From contig CAIQQL010000116.1 in assembly GCA_903873955.1 (NCBI GenBank), positions 1 through 44,490 on the forward strand: a DNA stretch of 44,490 bases. Reading direction: 5' to 3'. Below, in pieces: positions 1-9,712 of the stretch; position 1 is the first letter of the stretch; every line of letters starts with the position of its first letter. A program made the position numbers and the translations under genes. This DNA comes from an uncultured archaeon. GTDB lineage: Archaea; Nanobdellota; Nanobdellia; Pacearchaeales; GW2011-AR1. Under the pieces are notes generated by a model. The model did no database searches. It worked only from the letters and a program-made list of their open reading frames with translations, and was not told the origin of the DNA.

Positions 1-1
1 A

Positions 2-1108
2 GGATCATCATCCATATCCTCAGACGTGACTGAATCAGCCGAATTCCATTCAACCATGCTCACAGGACCAGCTGCTGACTCAGCAGAATACGCTGAGAGC
101 AAATTACGGGCCTCCCTTAAAGAAGGATATAACTCCGAACAACCCTCGCCAAATCTATTACTTATGGCCAATGCAGACAAAGATTCCGCACCGTTTACAC
201 AAGGCAATGCAGTCCTAATGCAAACTCCCGAGCAAGAAGCGCCTGTAGGAGTCATTGTCCCTGACAATGATCTTGAAGAAAAAACTGAAGAAGAAGAGGG
301 ATATGACCTGCAACAGATCAGCTTTCCGGTACCTGTTCGCATTCAGGAAATTGGTGGCGAGATGGAAAAAGGCACCCAGGTTGGAGCCTTAGACTTTGAA
401 AAAGTCCAGGTTGAAGAAAGCCTATCTCCCCAAAAAGTCAATCCACCTAACATTATTGCACCCTCGATACAATCCGTTGCCCCTTTACCCAAGCAGCCTC
501 TGCCTCAAATGGTGCGACCTCTGCCTCCAGTTGCTCCACAGCGCATGCAACAGACTAATAATCCTGGGCTCCCCTTCCCTATGCCAATCCCAAGAGCAGG
601 TATTCCCCAACAAAGACCAATGACAGGGCCACCACAAAACAGGCCTTATCAAATGGCAGCTCCACCCAGAAATCTCACTCCACGACCCACCATGCCCCCT
701 TCTGGTCCAGGTATTCCTCGTCCTCAAATAACGAACACACCCGCAACAAAATTCAAGCCACGGTTACATGCTTCCATAGTTGAAAAAATGGTCCTTCCAG
801 GGTTTGGAAGAATTGATGAGCTGCTCAAGGATATGGCGGTTCAGTCAGTTGAGGTCCCAGGTCCAGAAAAGCAGGTCATCATTTCAAGGGCAGGTGGCAG
901 GATACAGACGACCCCTCTCAAGCTTAGTGCTCAGGAGATAGAGAAGGTGATGAAAGACATCTCAGACAAGACCCGCATACCCCTCACCGCAGGCATTTTC
1001 AAGGCAGCATTGCCCGGGTTTGTCATCACTGCAGTCATCTCAGAATTTGTAGGTACCAGGTTCATCATTCAAAAGAAACTTGCTGTGCCTGAACCGGAAA
1101 ACAAATAA
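2..1108 (+). CDS. Proline-rich protein ending in a segment like the N-terminal part of VirB11/GspE/FlaI secretion ATPases (5' partial)
   Basis: The track ORF 26..1108 starts with GTG, and the frame stays open back to nt 2, so the gene probably begins upstream of the window. The middle is P/Q-rich low complexity. The last ~100 aa ('IDELLKDMAVQSVEVPGPEKQVIISRAGG...AALPGFVITAVISEFVGTRFIIQKK') resemble the segment that precedes Walker A in T2SS-E/FlaI-type ATPases. No P-loop follows. Confidence 0.45.
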   Translation, partial: GSSSISSDVTESAEFHSTMLTGPAADSAEYAESKLRASLKEGYNSEQPSPNLLLMANADKDSAPFTQGNAVLMQTPEQEAPVGVIVPDNDLEEKTEEEEGYDLQQISFPVPVRIQEIGGEMEKGTQVGALDFEKVQVEESLSPQKVNPPNIIAPSIQSVAPLPKQPLPQMVRPLPPVAPQRMQQTNNPGLPFPMPIPRAGIPQQRPMTGPPQNRPYQMAAPPRNLTPRPTMPPSGPGIPRPQITNTPATKFKPRLHASIVEKMVLPGFGRIDELLKDMAVQSVEVPGPEKQVIISRAGGRIQTTPLKLSAQEIEKVMKDISDKTRIPLTAGIFKAALPGFVITAVISEFVGTRFIIQKKLAVPEPENK

Positions 1109-1178
1109 GACAATCCGCGATTTGAAAATTATATAAAAATTATCGCACTACATAAAAAATTAAAGAATCCAAATTGGC

Positions 1179-1376
1179 TTAAGCTTTCTTGAATTTTGTC
1201 ACTTCAGGCAACATGTCCGCATGACCGAGAATCGTGGCCCTGCAACAATAACGTTCAAGTCCAAGCTCATCCATGACTTTACCAGCGTTCTCGCCAGCTT
1301 CAACACGTTTCTTATACTCTTCCCAAAGATTACCTATAGGCTTACCACAGCCAAAACAGCGTACTGGAATAATCAT
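1179..1376 (-). CDS. rpoN: DNA-directed RNA polymerase subunit N (Rpo10/Rpb10 family)
   Basis: A 65-aa ORF 'MIIPVRCFGCGKPIG..W..Y...LGLERYCCR'. The CxxC...CC zinc pattern and the length are typical of archaeal RpoN. Confidence 0.9.
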   Translation of the reverse strand: MIIPVRCFGCGKPIGNLWEEYKKRVEAGENAGKVMDELGLERYCCRATILGHADMLPEVTKFKKA

Positions 1377-1473
1377 GATAATACTTCTTTAAACAGCTTT
1401 TTAAAGCTTACTATGCTTAGTACAAAGATTATCGCAGGGAAAATTACTTAAAAGCATAATCTTAAAACTTACT

Positions 1474-2193
1474 ATGGAAGAAGTGATCGCATTAAGGAAC
1501 GTAGAGAAACATTATCATATGGGGGACACGGTTGTCAAAGCAGTAGATGGAGTCGATATTTCCATAGAGAAGGGAGACTTTGTCGCAATCATGGGCCCTT
1601 CAGGGTCCGGCAAATCCACTACCATGAATCTTGTCGGGAGCCTGGACCTCGCGACCAAAGGGGAGATTTTTCTTGATGGTGTGGACATTGAACATCTAGG
1701 AGAGTCAGAACTCGCCCAAATTCGCGGCAAACAGATTGGATTTATCTTCCAGGGTTTTAATCTCATTGCCAATCTAACGGCGAAAGAGAACGTGATGCTC
1801 CCTATGCTTTTCCAAGGAAAGGACAGGGATGAACGAGAACACCAGGCTGAAAAACTGCTCAAGCTGGTAGATCTTGGCGATAGAATGGATCATTACCCTG
1901 CTCAGCTTTCAGGAGGGCAACAGCAAAGGGTAGCCATTGCACGAGCGCTATCTAATAACCCTGAAGTGGTCTTAGCGGACGAACCAACGGGAAACCTTGA
2001 CACGAAAACCGGTGCGATGGTCATGGATTTTCTAGAGAAGCTACATTCACAGGGCACAACCATCATCATGGTCACCCATGATCCTGAAAAAGCATTAAAA
2101 CATGCACGGACCATTTACTGGATAAAGGATGGAAAGGTAGAAAAGGTCACCAAACGCATCAAAAACATCTGGAAAACTGTCCGAGGCTCCTAA
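1474..2193 (+). CDS. ABC transporter ATP-binding protein (MacB/LolD-like)
   Basis: Walker A 'GPSGSGKST', ABC signature 'LSGGQQQRVAIARAL', Walker B 'VVLADEPTGNLD' and H-loop 'VTHD' are all present. Confidence 0.92.
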   Translation: MEEVIALRNVEKHYHMGDTVVKAVDGVDISIEKGDFVAIMGPSGSGKSTTMNLVGSLDLATKGEIFLDGVDIEHLGESELAQIRGKQIGFIFQGFNLIANLTAKENVMLPMLFQGKDRDEREHQAEKLLKLVDLGDRMDHYPAQLSGGQQQRVAIARALSNNPEVVLADEPTGNLDTKTGAMVMDFLEKLHSQGTTIIMVTHDPEKALKHARTIYWIKDGKVEKVTKRIKNIWKTVRGS

Positions 2194-2303
2194 ACTCCAC
2201 TCACCTCCACACTTCTTTATCCATTACCCTGTCCTTTTATCATGGTTCTTAAACTCGAAGGAAAAGAATAAGAACTAAAAAAATTTACCAAGATTCAGAC
2301 CCG

Positions 2304-3524
2304 ATGATCAAAGATTATCTTACACTTGCATTTGGCAATATCAAACATAGAGGCATACGTTCCTGGCTGACTATGCTCGGCGTGTTTATCGGCATTGCGG
2401 CAGTTGTCTCGCTAATCTCCCTTGGACAAGGACTGCAAACGGCAATCACCAGCCAGTTCTCTACCTTATCGACCGATAGGTTGACCATTCAAAACGCAGG
2501 CACAGGATTTGGGCCACCAGGAAGCACCTCTGTGCGTAAACTTACCGACCATGACGTCAATATCATAGAACAGACGAATGGAGTCAAGATTGCGGTCTCG
2601 AGACTCATCCGCATGGCATACGTAGACTACAATAACGTGCGCGATTATCATTATATTGCAAGCATGCCCACTGACAATAAGAAACTGGATTTTGTCTATT
2701 CCACAGCCAATCTCAAGGTCGAAAGCGGCCGCCTGTTACGACCAGGAGACAAAGACAAAGTGATCTTGGGAAGCGATTTCATCACCACGAAAGCGTACGG
2801 CAAGGACCTGCGCGTCGGTAGCTCCATCATGATCCAGGGCAGAAAGTTCCAGATTGTGGGATTTACCCAGAAAACAAGCACCTTCGTAGTCAACACAGCA
2901 ATCATGATGATGGAAGATGACATGAAAAGCCTGCTTAATATTGACAGTAAAGAAACCGACCTCATTGTCGCCCAGGTAGATGACAAAGACAAAATCATCC
3001 AAGTTGCCGATGACATCAAAAGAAAGCTGAGGAAAGATCGGGGAGAAAAAGTCGGGGAGGAAGACTTTTCCGTCGAGACACCCATCAGTGCCCTTAAAAA
3101 TGTAAACCTCATCTTGAATATCATCAACATCATCGTCAGCGGCATTGCGGCAATCTCGCTCATTGTCGGAGGCATCGGGATCATGAACTCTATGTTCACC
3201 TCGGTGCTTGAACGAACCAAAGAGATCGGTGTCATGAAAGCAGTCGGGGCCCAAAACAAGAACGTTCTGCTCATTTTCCTCTTTGAATCAGGCTTGCTAG
3301 GCTTGGTGGGTGGTGTTGTTGGTGCACTCATGGGACTTGCCATGGCATTTAGCGTCTCGGGAATAGCAAACCAGGCATTTGGATCAAACATCCTTGATGT
3401 GACCATCTCCTATCCACTCCTGTTTGCATCTATCAGCTTTGCCCTGCTCATAGGTCTTGCCTCAGGCATCCTTCCTGCATTGCAAGCCTCAAAGCTTAAA
3501 CCTGTGGAGGCTTTCAGACGATGA
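2304..3524 (+). CDS. ABC transporter permease, FtsX/MacB type
   Basis: An N-terminal TM helix, a large extracytoplasmic domain, then a C-terminal TM bundle with 'ERTKEIGVMKAVGA', typical of FtsX-family permeases. Confidence 0.85.
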   Translation: MIKDYLTLAFGNIKHRGIRSWLTMLGVFIGIAAVVSLISLGQGLQTAITSQFSTLSTDRLTIQNAGTGFGPPGSTSVRKLTDHDVNIIEQTNGVKIAVSRLIRMAYVDYNNVRDYHYIASMPTDNKKLDFVYSTANLKVESGRLLRPGDKDKVILGSDFITTKAYGKDLRVGSSIMIQGRKFQIVGFTQKTSTFVVNTAIMMMEDDMKSLLNIDSKETDLIVAQVDDKDKIIQVADDIKRKLRKDRGEKVGEEDFSVETPISALKNVNLILNIINIIVSGIAAISLIVGGIGIMNSMFTSVLERTKEIGVMKAVGAQNKNVLLIFLFESGLLGLVGGVVGALMGLAMAFSVSGIANQAFGSNILDVTISYPLLFASISFALLIGLASGILPALQASKLKPVEAFRR

Positions 3525-4732
3525 TCAGAGATTACCTACAAATGGCGATGAAGAATCTTGTCAAAAGAAAACTTCGTTCCTGGCTCACGATCCTGGGGAT
3601 TATCATCGCCATAGCAACGATTTTTGTGCTTATCAGCATCTCTGTCGGATTGAAAGATGCGATCAACGAACAGTTCAGGATGCTTGGGACTGACAAGATT
3701 TTTATCATGCCCAAAGGACAGCTCGGGGCGCCAGGTACCGCAAGTGCCTCCGTCCTGACCAAGACTGATGTGGATAACGTCGACAAAGTCAGAGGGGTCC
3801 TCCAGTCCACCTATTTTACTGCCGCCAATGCCATGGTCGAATACAATTCTGAAAAAAGATACTTTGCCGTAGCAGGACTTCCCCTTGACCAGATCAAACT
3901 CTACGAAGAGATACAGTCGTTCTCAAGCGATGAAGGGAGAATGATCAAGACCGGAGACGTTGACCGTGTGACCTTGGGATATGATTTCAAGTATAACAAA
4001 GTGTTCAGCAAGCCCGTAAGGGCAGGAGATAAGATCCTCATCAACGGCCACGAATTCTCGGTCGTCGGCATCATGTCCGCAATCGGCAACCCAGGCGATG
4101 ATAAAAACATCTACATGAATATCGAGGATGTCAAGAAATATTTCAACACAGGGGACCGTGTCGATGAGATTGTCGTCCAGGTCACAAAAGATTCGAACAT
4201 CTCCGATGTTGCAGAGCGCATCAAGAAGAAATTGCGTATAACAAGGAATGTCGATAAAGACCAAGAAGACTTTTCATTACTCACCCCTGATGAGCTCCTG
4301 GGAACATTCAGTACAATCCTCGACATCATAACCGTATTTCTCTTAGGGGTCGCAGCCATCTCACTTCTCGTTGGAGGAGTGAACATCATGAACACCATGT
4401 ACACCTCAGTGATTGAAAGGACCAAAGAGATAGGCACCATGAAAGCAGTCGGGGCCCAAAACAAAGATATCATCCTAATCTTCCTCATTGAGTCTGGCCT
4501 TCTCGGGATTGTTGGCGGTCTTGCAGGGGTCTTATTAGGATATGGCGCAGCCAAAGTAATCGAGTCCATTGTCGTCCAAAGCCTAGGGACCACTCTTCTT
4601 CGTGCGGCCGCACCACCCTGGCTTTTTATTGGCTGCCTCTTATTTGCTTTCCTTGCCGGAGCGATTTCTGGTATCTGGCCAGCCTGGGGAGCAAGTAAAA
4701 TCAAGATTGTTGAAGCATTACGTTACGAATAA
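3521..4732 (+). CDS. ABC transporter permease, FtsX/MacB type (paralogue of the upstream gene)
   Basis: Same architecture as the upstream permease, with 'ERTKEIGTMKAVGA'. Its start overlaps the upstream stop by 4 nt (ATGA). Confidence 0.85.
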   Translation: MIRDYLQMAMKNLVKRKLRSWLTILGIIIAIATIFVLISISVGLKDAINEQFRMLGTDKIFIMPKGQLGAPGTASASVLTKTDVDNVDKVRGVLQSTYFTAANAMVEYNSEKRYFAVAGLPLDQIKLYEEIQSFSSDEGRMIKTGDVDRVTLGYDFKYNKVFSKPVRAGDKILINGHEFSVVGIMSAIGNPGDDKNIYMNIEDVKKYFNTGDRVDEIVVQVTKDSNISDVAERIKKKLRITRNVDKDQEDFSLLTPDELLGTFSTILDIITVFLLGVAAISLLVGGVNIMNTMYTSVIERTKEIGTMKAVGAQNKDIILIFLIESGLLGIVGGLAGVLLGYGAAKVIESIVVQSLGTTLLRAAAPPWLFIGCLLFAFLAGAISGIWPAWGASKIKIVEALRYE

Positions 4733-4769
4733 TAAACATCCTTTTAAACAAAGAGTCATTTCATTGAAC

Positions 4770-5207
4770 ATGCAAAAGAGGTATCGAAAGGCAGTTTTTA
4801 TCGTAACCTATGCACAGACTACCGCAGGTCCGCGTTATTTGCTTGCCCATCGTATCCTGCATTGGAATGGCTGGGAATTTCCCAAGGGAGGCATAGAACC
4901 GGGTGAAAGCAAAAAAGAAGCTGCCAAAAGAGAACTAAAAGAGGAGACCCATCTGCGCCTGCTACTTTTTAAGTCATATCCAGTCAACGGAAAATATCCC
5001 TATGACGCAAAGACTCGTAAAAAAAGAGGTTTTTTCGGCCAGACATATACCCTATTCTCTGCACAAGTACAAGAGGGAAAGGCCAGGTTAGACCCTCTGG
5101 AACATGATTCCTATCGATGGCAGAATTATCAACAAGCCCTAAAACTACTCACCTGGGGCTCACAACGTAAATGTCTGCGCAGAGTGCACCGCTCCATCAC
5201 CGGTTGA
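4770..5207 (+). CDS. NUDIX hydrolase
   Basis: Nudix box 'GGIEPGESKKEAAKRELKEETHL'. The track ORF starts at 4602 inside the permease gene. The ATG at 4770 ('MQKRYRKAVF') is the first start after the permease stop. Confidence 0.8.
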   Translation: MQKRYRKAVFIVTYAQTTAGPRYLLAHRILHWNGWEFPKGGIEPGESKKEAAKRELKEETHLRLLLFKSYPVNGKYPYDAKTRKKRGFFGQTYTLFSAQVQEGKARLDPLEHDSYRWQNYQQALKLLTWGSQRKCLRRVHRSITG

Positions 5208-5300
5208 AAAAAGATCGCAAACCTTGCGATAAAAAGTAAGTTAATCTTAGCTTGTAAGTCAGTCTCATAATCTTTATATACCAAATCGCGAGATACGATT

Positions 5301-6803
5301 ATGGGTAAAAAAGAATTTTTTGCGTCTATGAAATCTCAAGGGGTAGCCTTGACTTATAATGATGTGCGCTTGAAGACCTCCTTTTCTGCAGTCATGCCGG
5401 ACAAAGTCAGCCTTAACTCAAAATTCTCCCGCCATGTCGATCTTAAGATCCCAGTTGTCAGTGCTGCGATGGATACAGTCACTGAATATGAATTGGCAAT
5501 AGAGCTAGCCATATTAGGGGGATTAGGCATCATCCACAAAAACTTAAGCCCGGCATTACAGGCCCAGCATGTAGCCCGCGTCAAAAGATTCCTCAATGGG
5601 CTCATAGAACATCCAGTCACAGTCTTTGCTGATGAGACCGTCGCACAGGTCTTAAAAATGAAAGAAGAAAAGAAATATGCCTTTGACGTCTTTCCAGTAG
5701 TCAATCGTGCTGGCGCCTTAGTTGGCATCCTGACTGAAAATGATGTCGATTTCTGCACCAATACTCAAGAGAAAGTTAGCGAGGTGATGACAAAAACCAT
5801 ATTAAGCTCTCCCAAAGGGACAGGCATCGATGAAGCTTATGCCATCATGCTGAGAGAAAAGAAAAAAGTCCTTCCTTTAATCTCGAAAGAAGGCCGTATC
5901 TGCGGGATGTATGCTTTCTCCGACCTGAAACGTATCAAGACAGAAAAACTTAGCGCCTATAACCTTGACGCCAAAGGCAGACTGCTTGTAGGTGCTGCAA
6001 TAGGAGTCCATGAAGATGCGTCTGAACGACTCAAACACCTAACACTCGCCCAGGTAGATGTAGTCGTCATCGATACTGCCCATGGAGATTCCCTTGGAGT
6101 CATTGAGACAGTCAAAGAGGTCAAACGCAGATATCCCCGATTAGATGTTGTAGCAGGAAACATCTCTGAGCCTGAGTCAGCCAAACGGTTGGTTGATGCA
6201 GGAGTAGACGGTATAAAAGTAGGACAAGGTCCCGGGTCCATCTGCACCACGAGGATCATTGCAGGTGTAGGCTGCCCACAATTGACCGCAATCTACCATT
6301 GTGCGGAAATTGCCAGAACCAAACAAGTCCCCCTTTGCGCTGATGGGGGCCTTTCTTATTCAGGAGATATCCCTATTGCTATCGGGGCTGGTGCAGACAA
6401 TGTCATGATGGGACGTATGCTTGCGGGTGTCAAAGAAGCACCAGGAGAGGTCGTATTCAGGGACGGACGACAATGGAAAAGTTATAGGGGCATGGGGTCA
6501 TTAGGGGCTATGCAGGCCCATAAAGGCTCACGCGACAGATATCAGCAAAAAGACGGCGCCAAAGACAGCATCATACCCGAGGGTGTTGAAGGGCTGGTAC
6601 CTTATCAAGGTGAACTCAAGGAGGTCATAACACAGTATATTGGGGGCCTTAGAAGAGGGATGGGATATGTTGGAGCAGAGTCTATAAACGCACTACAACA
6701 CAAAGCAGACTTTCACCGTATTTCCAGTGCAGGACAGCAGGAGTCCCACCCGCATAATATTATAATAACCAAGGAATCCCCTAATTACCCAGGAATACTC
6801 TAG
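5301..6803 (+). CDS. guaB: Inosine-5'-monophosphate dehydrogenase with CBS pair
   Basis: Catalytic Cys loop '[15 protein letters not shown]', '[12 protein letters not shown]', 'MMGRMLAG', and a CBS-type insert in the N-terminal third. Confidence 0.93.
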   Translation: MGKKEFFASMKSQGVALTYNDVRLKTSFSAVMPDKVSLNSKFSRHVDLKIPVVSAAMDTVTEYELAIELAILGGLGIIHKNLSPALQAQHVARVKRFLNGLIEHPVTVFADETVAQVLKMKEEKKYAFDVFPVVNRAGALVGILTENDVDFCTNTQEKVSEVMTKTILSSPKGTGIDEAYAIMLREKKKVLPLISKEGRICGMYAFSDLKRIKTEKLSAYNLDAKGRLLVGAAIGVHEDASERLKHLTLAQVDVVVIDTAHGDSLGVIETVKEVKRRYPRLDVVAGNISEPESAKRLVDAGVDGIKVGQGPGSICTTRIIAGVGCPQLTAIYHCAEIARTKQVPLCADGGLSYSGDIPIAIGAGADNVMMGRMLAGVKEAPGEVVFRDGRQWKSYRGMGSLGAMQAHKGSRDRYQQKDGAKDSIIPEGVEGLVPYQGELKEVITQYIGGLRRGMGYVGAESINALQHKADFHRISSAGQQESHPHNIIITKESPNYPGIL

Positions 6804-6820
6804 ATTAGTATTGGTCTAGA

Positions 6821-6857
6821 GTAATTACACAGTGACAACAAAGGAAAGGTTTAAATA
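6821..6857 (+). promoter_or_regulatory. Bipartite promoter-like element (GTAAYTAYA - 14/15 nt - GAAAGRTTTAAATA), copy 1
   Basis: 'gtaattacacagtgacaacaaaggaaaggtttaaata'. The TATA-like TTTAAATA ends 45 nt before the ATG at 6903. Near-identical elements occur at 15028..15065 and 16586..16622. Confidence 0.45.
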
Positions 6858-6902
6858 CTATCACCACTAAAAAATTACATCATCAATTGTATCACTTAAA
6901 AC

Positions 6903-8540
6903 ATGACTCAAAAAAAAGTATCGAGAACAACCACGACTACTAAAGTGAAGCGAAAAACAACTTCTACAACCGTGCATGTTGGCGGATCTTCCAGGAGAAA
7001 AACCTCGGCTAAATCTTCAGCTCAGCCTTCTGCACCTGACTATCGAACACAACTCACCACCCTGGATACTTCATTTAGTACCGCTATCAGACAACAATAC
7101 CTCCCCATTACAAAGGATCTTACCGGTACACTTACCAATGAGGGTTATTACCCTGAGCAAAGACTTGACCAAGTCTTTGGCAGTCTTAGACAATATACTG
7201 GTCCTTTAGGAAGCGTTGAACGCGCCCATCTTGACCAGAAGTTCGATATAGCCTATGCAGAATTTGTAGAAAAGGGGAAAAAAGCCCATGAAGCAAGAGT
7301 CGCAGATAAACTCCGGCTTCAGAACAACAAAACAACACTTGCCGGAACCAAAACTCCTTCAGACCCTGCTTTTGTCAAGTTAAGGAACGAAACGGCTACT
7401 CTTGAAGCTAGACTCCAAGCAGAAGACTTGTTACTGAATACGGCAAGCAGCCAAAGAATCATTTTAGAAACATTACGAGAGAAGGGCATGGGTTCGACAG
7501 ATCCGACCTATCAACTCGCTCAGCGCGACTATGACCAGACCATGAGTGAAGTCACCCGTCAAAAGCTTTACACACCAGCAGAGCTTGACCAATTTGCTTT
7601 TAAGATAAGAAACCTCAAACAAAAATATGGTGTTGCAGGTCTTCCTGCCCCTGTCACAGGCGTCAGAAAATTCATCCAAGATTATAGTGGCAGTCTTGCA
7701 ATATTGGCTGTTGCCGCAATCGGCGCATTGGGAGTTGCAACCTGGAAAGGATGCAGTAAACCTCATCCTGTTGCTGCAGCAAAACCAAGCGGAACCAATT
7801 ATGTAGAGGTTATCAGTAATCTTAATTCAAATTTGACCTTATTGAGAGACCAAATGGCCACACTCGGTTCAAACTATCTTGCCTCTGGAAGGACAAATAC
7901 GGACCTTTCAGCCCAAATTGTCCTAGGAGAAAAGAAAATCGGAGAGCTGAAAGCAGATCTGGATCGTGTTAGTCATTTCTATAATTTTGCGACCAATGAC
8001 AATGCCATACTCAGTTCAAATTTTAATAATGCATACAGAGCACTCGAAGCCCTAAAAGCTGCGAATGAGGCTAACGCGGCATTGCAAAGAGCACGTTTAC
8101 AAGAATCCACTGATGTACAGTCGCTTGTTGGATCACTCCCTCTTCAAAATATCAATTTCTCTTCCTTGGAAAGTTTGACCTTTGATCCAAAAAAGAAGAA
8201 AGTGGTCAATCAACAAAGTTTCACCTATAGCGGAACCACTATCACCAATCTACAGCAATTGAGTGCCTTCTCGCAGGCAATTGCAGACGTTTATCATCCA
8301 CAGACAGCTGATACCAACGCCTTCCAAAGTTTTGCTCAAGCAGCCGGATTAAGTCCAGATGCAACTCGCCGTCTTAAGGGCATCAATGGGGACCATCGAT
8401 TAGATTACACCATTGCATTCATTCAGGATTATAATCAGAGCAGAACAAACGCCTCGCTTACGGATGCAGTCGCCTATAAGGATACCAATAACCTTCTTCA
8501 CGTCATCGGCGATCGAAAGATACTAAACCACGCTTATTAA
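6903..8540 (+). CDS. Hypothetical membrane protein (basic S/T-rich N-terminus, one TM helix, coiled-coil-like ectodomain)
   Basis: A long ORF behind a promoter-like element. One hydrophobic helix, 'LAILAVAAIGALGVATW'. I recognise no family. Confidence 0.6.
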   Translation: MTQKKVSRTTTTTKVKRKTTSTTVHVGGSSRRKTSAKSSAQPSAPDYRTQLTTLDTSFSTAIRQQYLPITKDLTGTLTNEGYYPEQRLDQVFGSLRQYTGPLGSVERAHLDQKFDIAYAEFVEKGKKAHEARVADKLRLQNNKTTLAGTKTPSDPAFVKLRNETATLEARLQAEDLLLNTASSQRIILETLREKGMGSTDPTYQLAQRDYDQTMSEVTRQKLYTPAELDQFAFKIRNLKQKYGVAGLPAPVTGVRKFIQDYSGSLAILAVAAIGALGVATWKGCSKPHPVAAAKPSGTNYVEVISNLNSNLTLLRDQMATLGSNYLASGRTNTDLSAQIVLGEKKIGELKADLDRVSHFYNFATNDNAILSSNFNNAYRALEALKAANEANAALQRARLQESTDVQSLVGSLPLQNINFSSLESLTFDPKKKKVVNQQSFTYSGTTITNLQQLSAFSQAIADVYHPQTADTNAFQSFAQAAGLSPDATRRLKGINGDHRLDYTIAFIQDYNQSRTNASLTDAVAYKDTNNLLHVIGDRKILNHAY

Positions 8541-8544
8541 TCAC

Positions 8545-9705
8545 ATGAACAAAACATTAACTTCCTTACTTCTTGCAGGACTTGCGGGTCTGACCGGTTG
8601 CACTACTGCAAATTATGAAGTGAAAGACTCCACTAGCCTACCAAAACAGACTATCCAAGGATTTACAGCGATGGCCAACAGGCCTGTCAGCACCAACTAT
8701 CAAGCGTTAGTGCAGCAATCCACTCCATATACGAATATTGCAACTCTTGCAGACAGATACGGCAGATTACCTTCCCAGAAGGTTGATGTCTACTTTGCAA
8801 CCCAAGGAAGCACCAATCGACCCTCTTTAGAAACATTAAATACCACCGGACCTGCCAATGCTGCCCTTCCTGTCGTACAAAGACTCGAACAAAACATCAC
8901 TAATTATGCACAAGTGTTTAGCTTTACATTAGGTAATGCTGATCGAACTTCCTTTGTAGGTTCACAATCTGCCAACAATCAACTTTCCAATGAATCGGGG
9001 CTTTTAGGAATTGACTCCTATTATAATCCGGGCACCAATGGCACCAAAGGAAAATTCTTCATCCAGGTAAATGAAGTCGATGGATTAAAGGGAGTGCATG
9101 AAAACAAGCATTATAATGTCAGTGTCACATTTGGTAAAGATGCCATCAGGGCAAGGAAAACTCGAAAAGATGGATTGATTATCCTTCGCACACTCACTGA
9201 ATCAGCCTCAGCATATGGTGCTGCAGGACTTGGCGGACCAATCGGTCCAGCCGCTGGAGCCATTGTTGATGGGACCTGGAGTTATTTTGAAGGAAGAAAC
9301 GCCCCAAAAGGTAACAACTTATCCCAAGGCCGATGGTATGCTGATGGTCTTGAAAAAAGCGTCTCAGACACTTTAGCGATATTGAACCAGACTAAAGATA
9401 GAGGAGCAAATGACATCATTGTCGTCCCCTATGATCATGGAACCGGCGTCATTTATGCAAAAGATGCAAGCAATATTCGCGTCGCACCTAATAAGGCTAC
9501 CTTTGAGACCACTCAAGCAGGAGCAAATATCCTGAGCTCATACTTATTTAGCGCCATAAAGGCAGCAGCCACCATGGGCAGCGCAGAAGCTATCGATTCA
9601 AATTTTGAGGATGAGTCTTCACCAGGCCAGTCTAATTTCTCCCCAGTCATCAATGGCACTCCTAACTTCAACGGAAATGGTTCCGGAAGCCCAGACGGAC
9701 AATAA
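8545..9705 (+). CDS. Hypothetical lipoprotein / secreted protein
   Basis: Signal peptide with a lipobox-like 'LLLAGLAGLTGC'. It starts 4 nt after the upstream stop. I recognise no family. Confidence 0.6.
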   Translation: MNKTLTSLLLAGLAGLTGCTTANYEVKDSTSLPKQTIQGFTAMANRPVSTNYQALVQQSTPYTNIATLADRYGRLPSQKVDVYFATQGSTNRPSLETLNTTGPANAALPVVQRLEQNITNYAQVFSFTLGNADRTSFVGSQSANNQLSNESGLLGIDSYYNPGTNGTKGKFFIQVNEVDGLKGVHENKHYNVSVTFGKDAIRARKTRKDGLIILRTLTESASAYGAAGLGGPIGPAAGAIVDGTWSYFEGRNAPKGNNLSQGRWYADGLEKSVSDTLAILNQTKDRGANDIIVVPYDHGTGVIYAKDASNIRVAPNKATFETTQAGANILSSYLFSAIKAAATMGSAEAIDSNFEDESSPGQSNFSPVINGTPNFNGNGSGSPDGQ

Positions 9706-9712
9706 GACCCAC

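Noticed and set aside
2696-3406. Long antisense ORFs inside well-supported genes. Examples are 2696..3406, 4111..4704, 13878..14645, 31609..32316, 39966..40532, 40596..41213 and 41309..42016 (all minus strand), plus many shorter ones.
   Set aside because: They lie opposite genes with strong family motifs (FtsX permeases, DnaG, SMC, DnaK, DnaJ). Their composition is low-complexity and S/F/L-rich, as is typical of shadow frames. They have no promoter-like elements.
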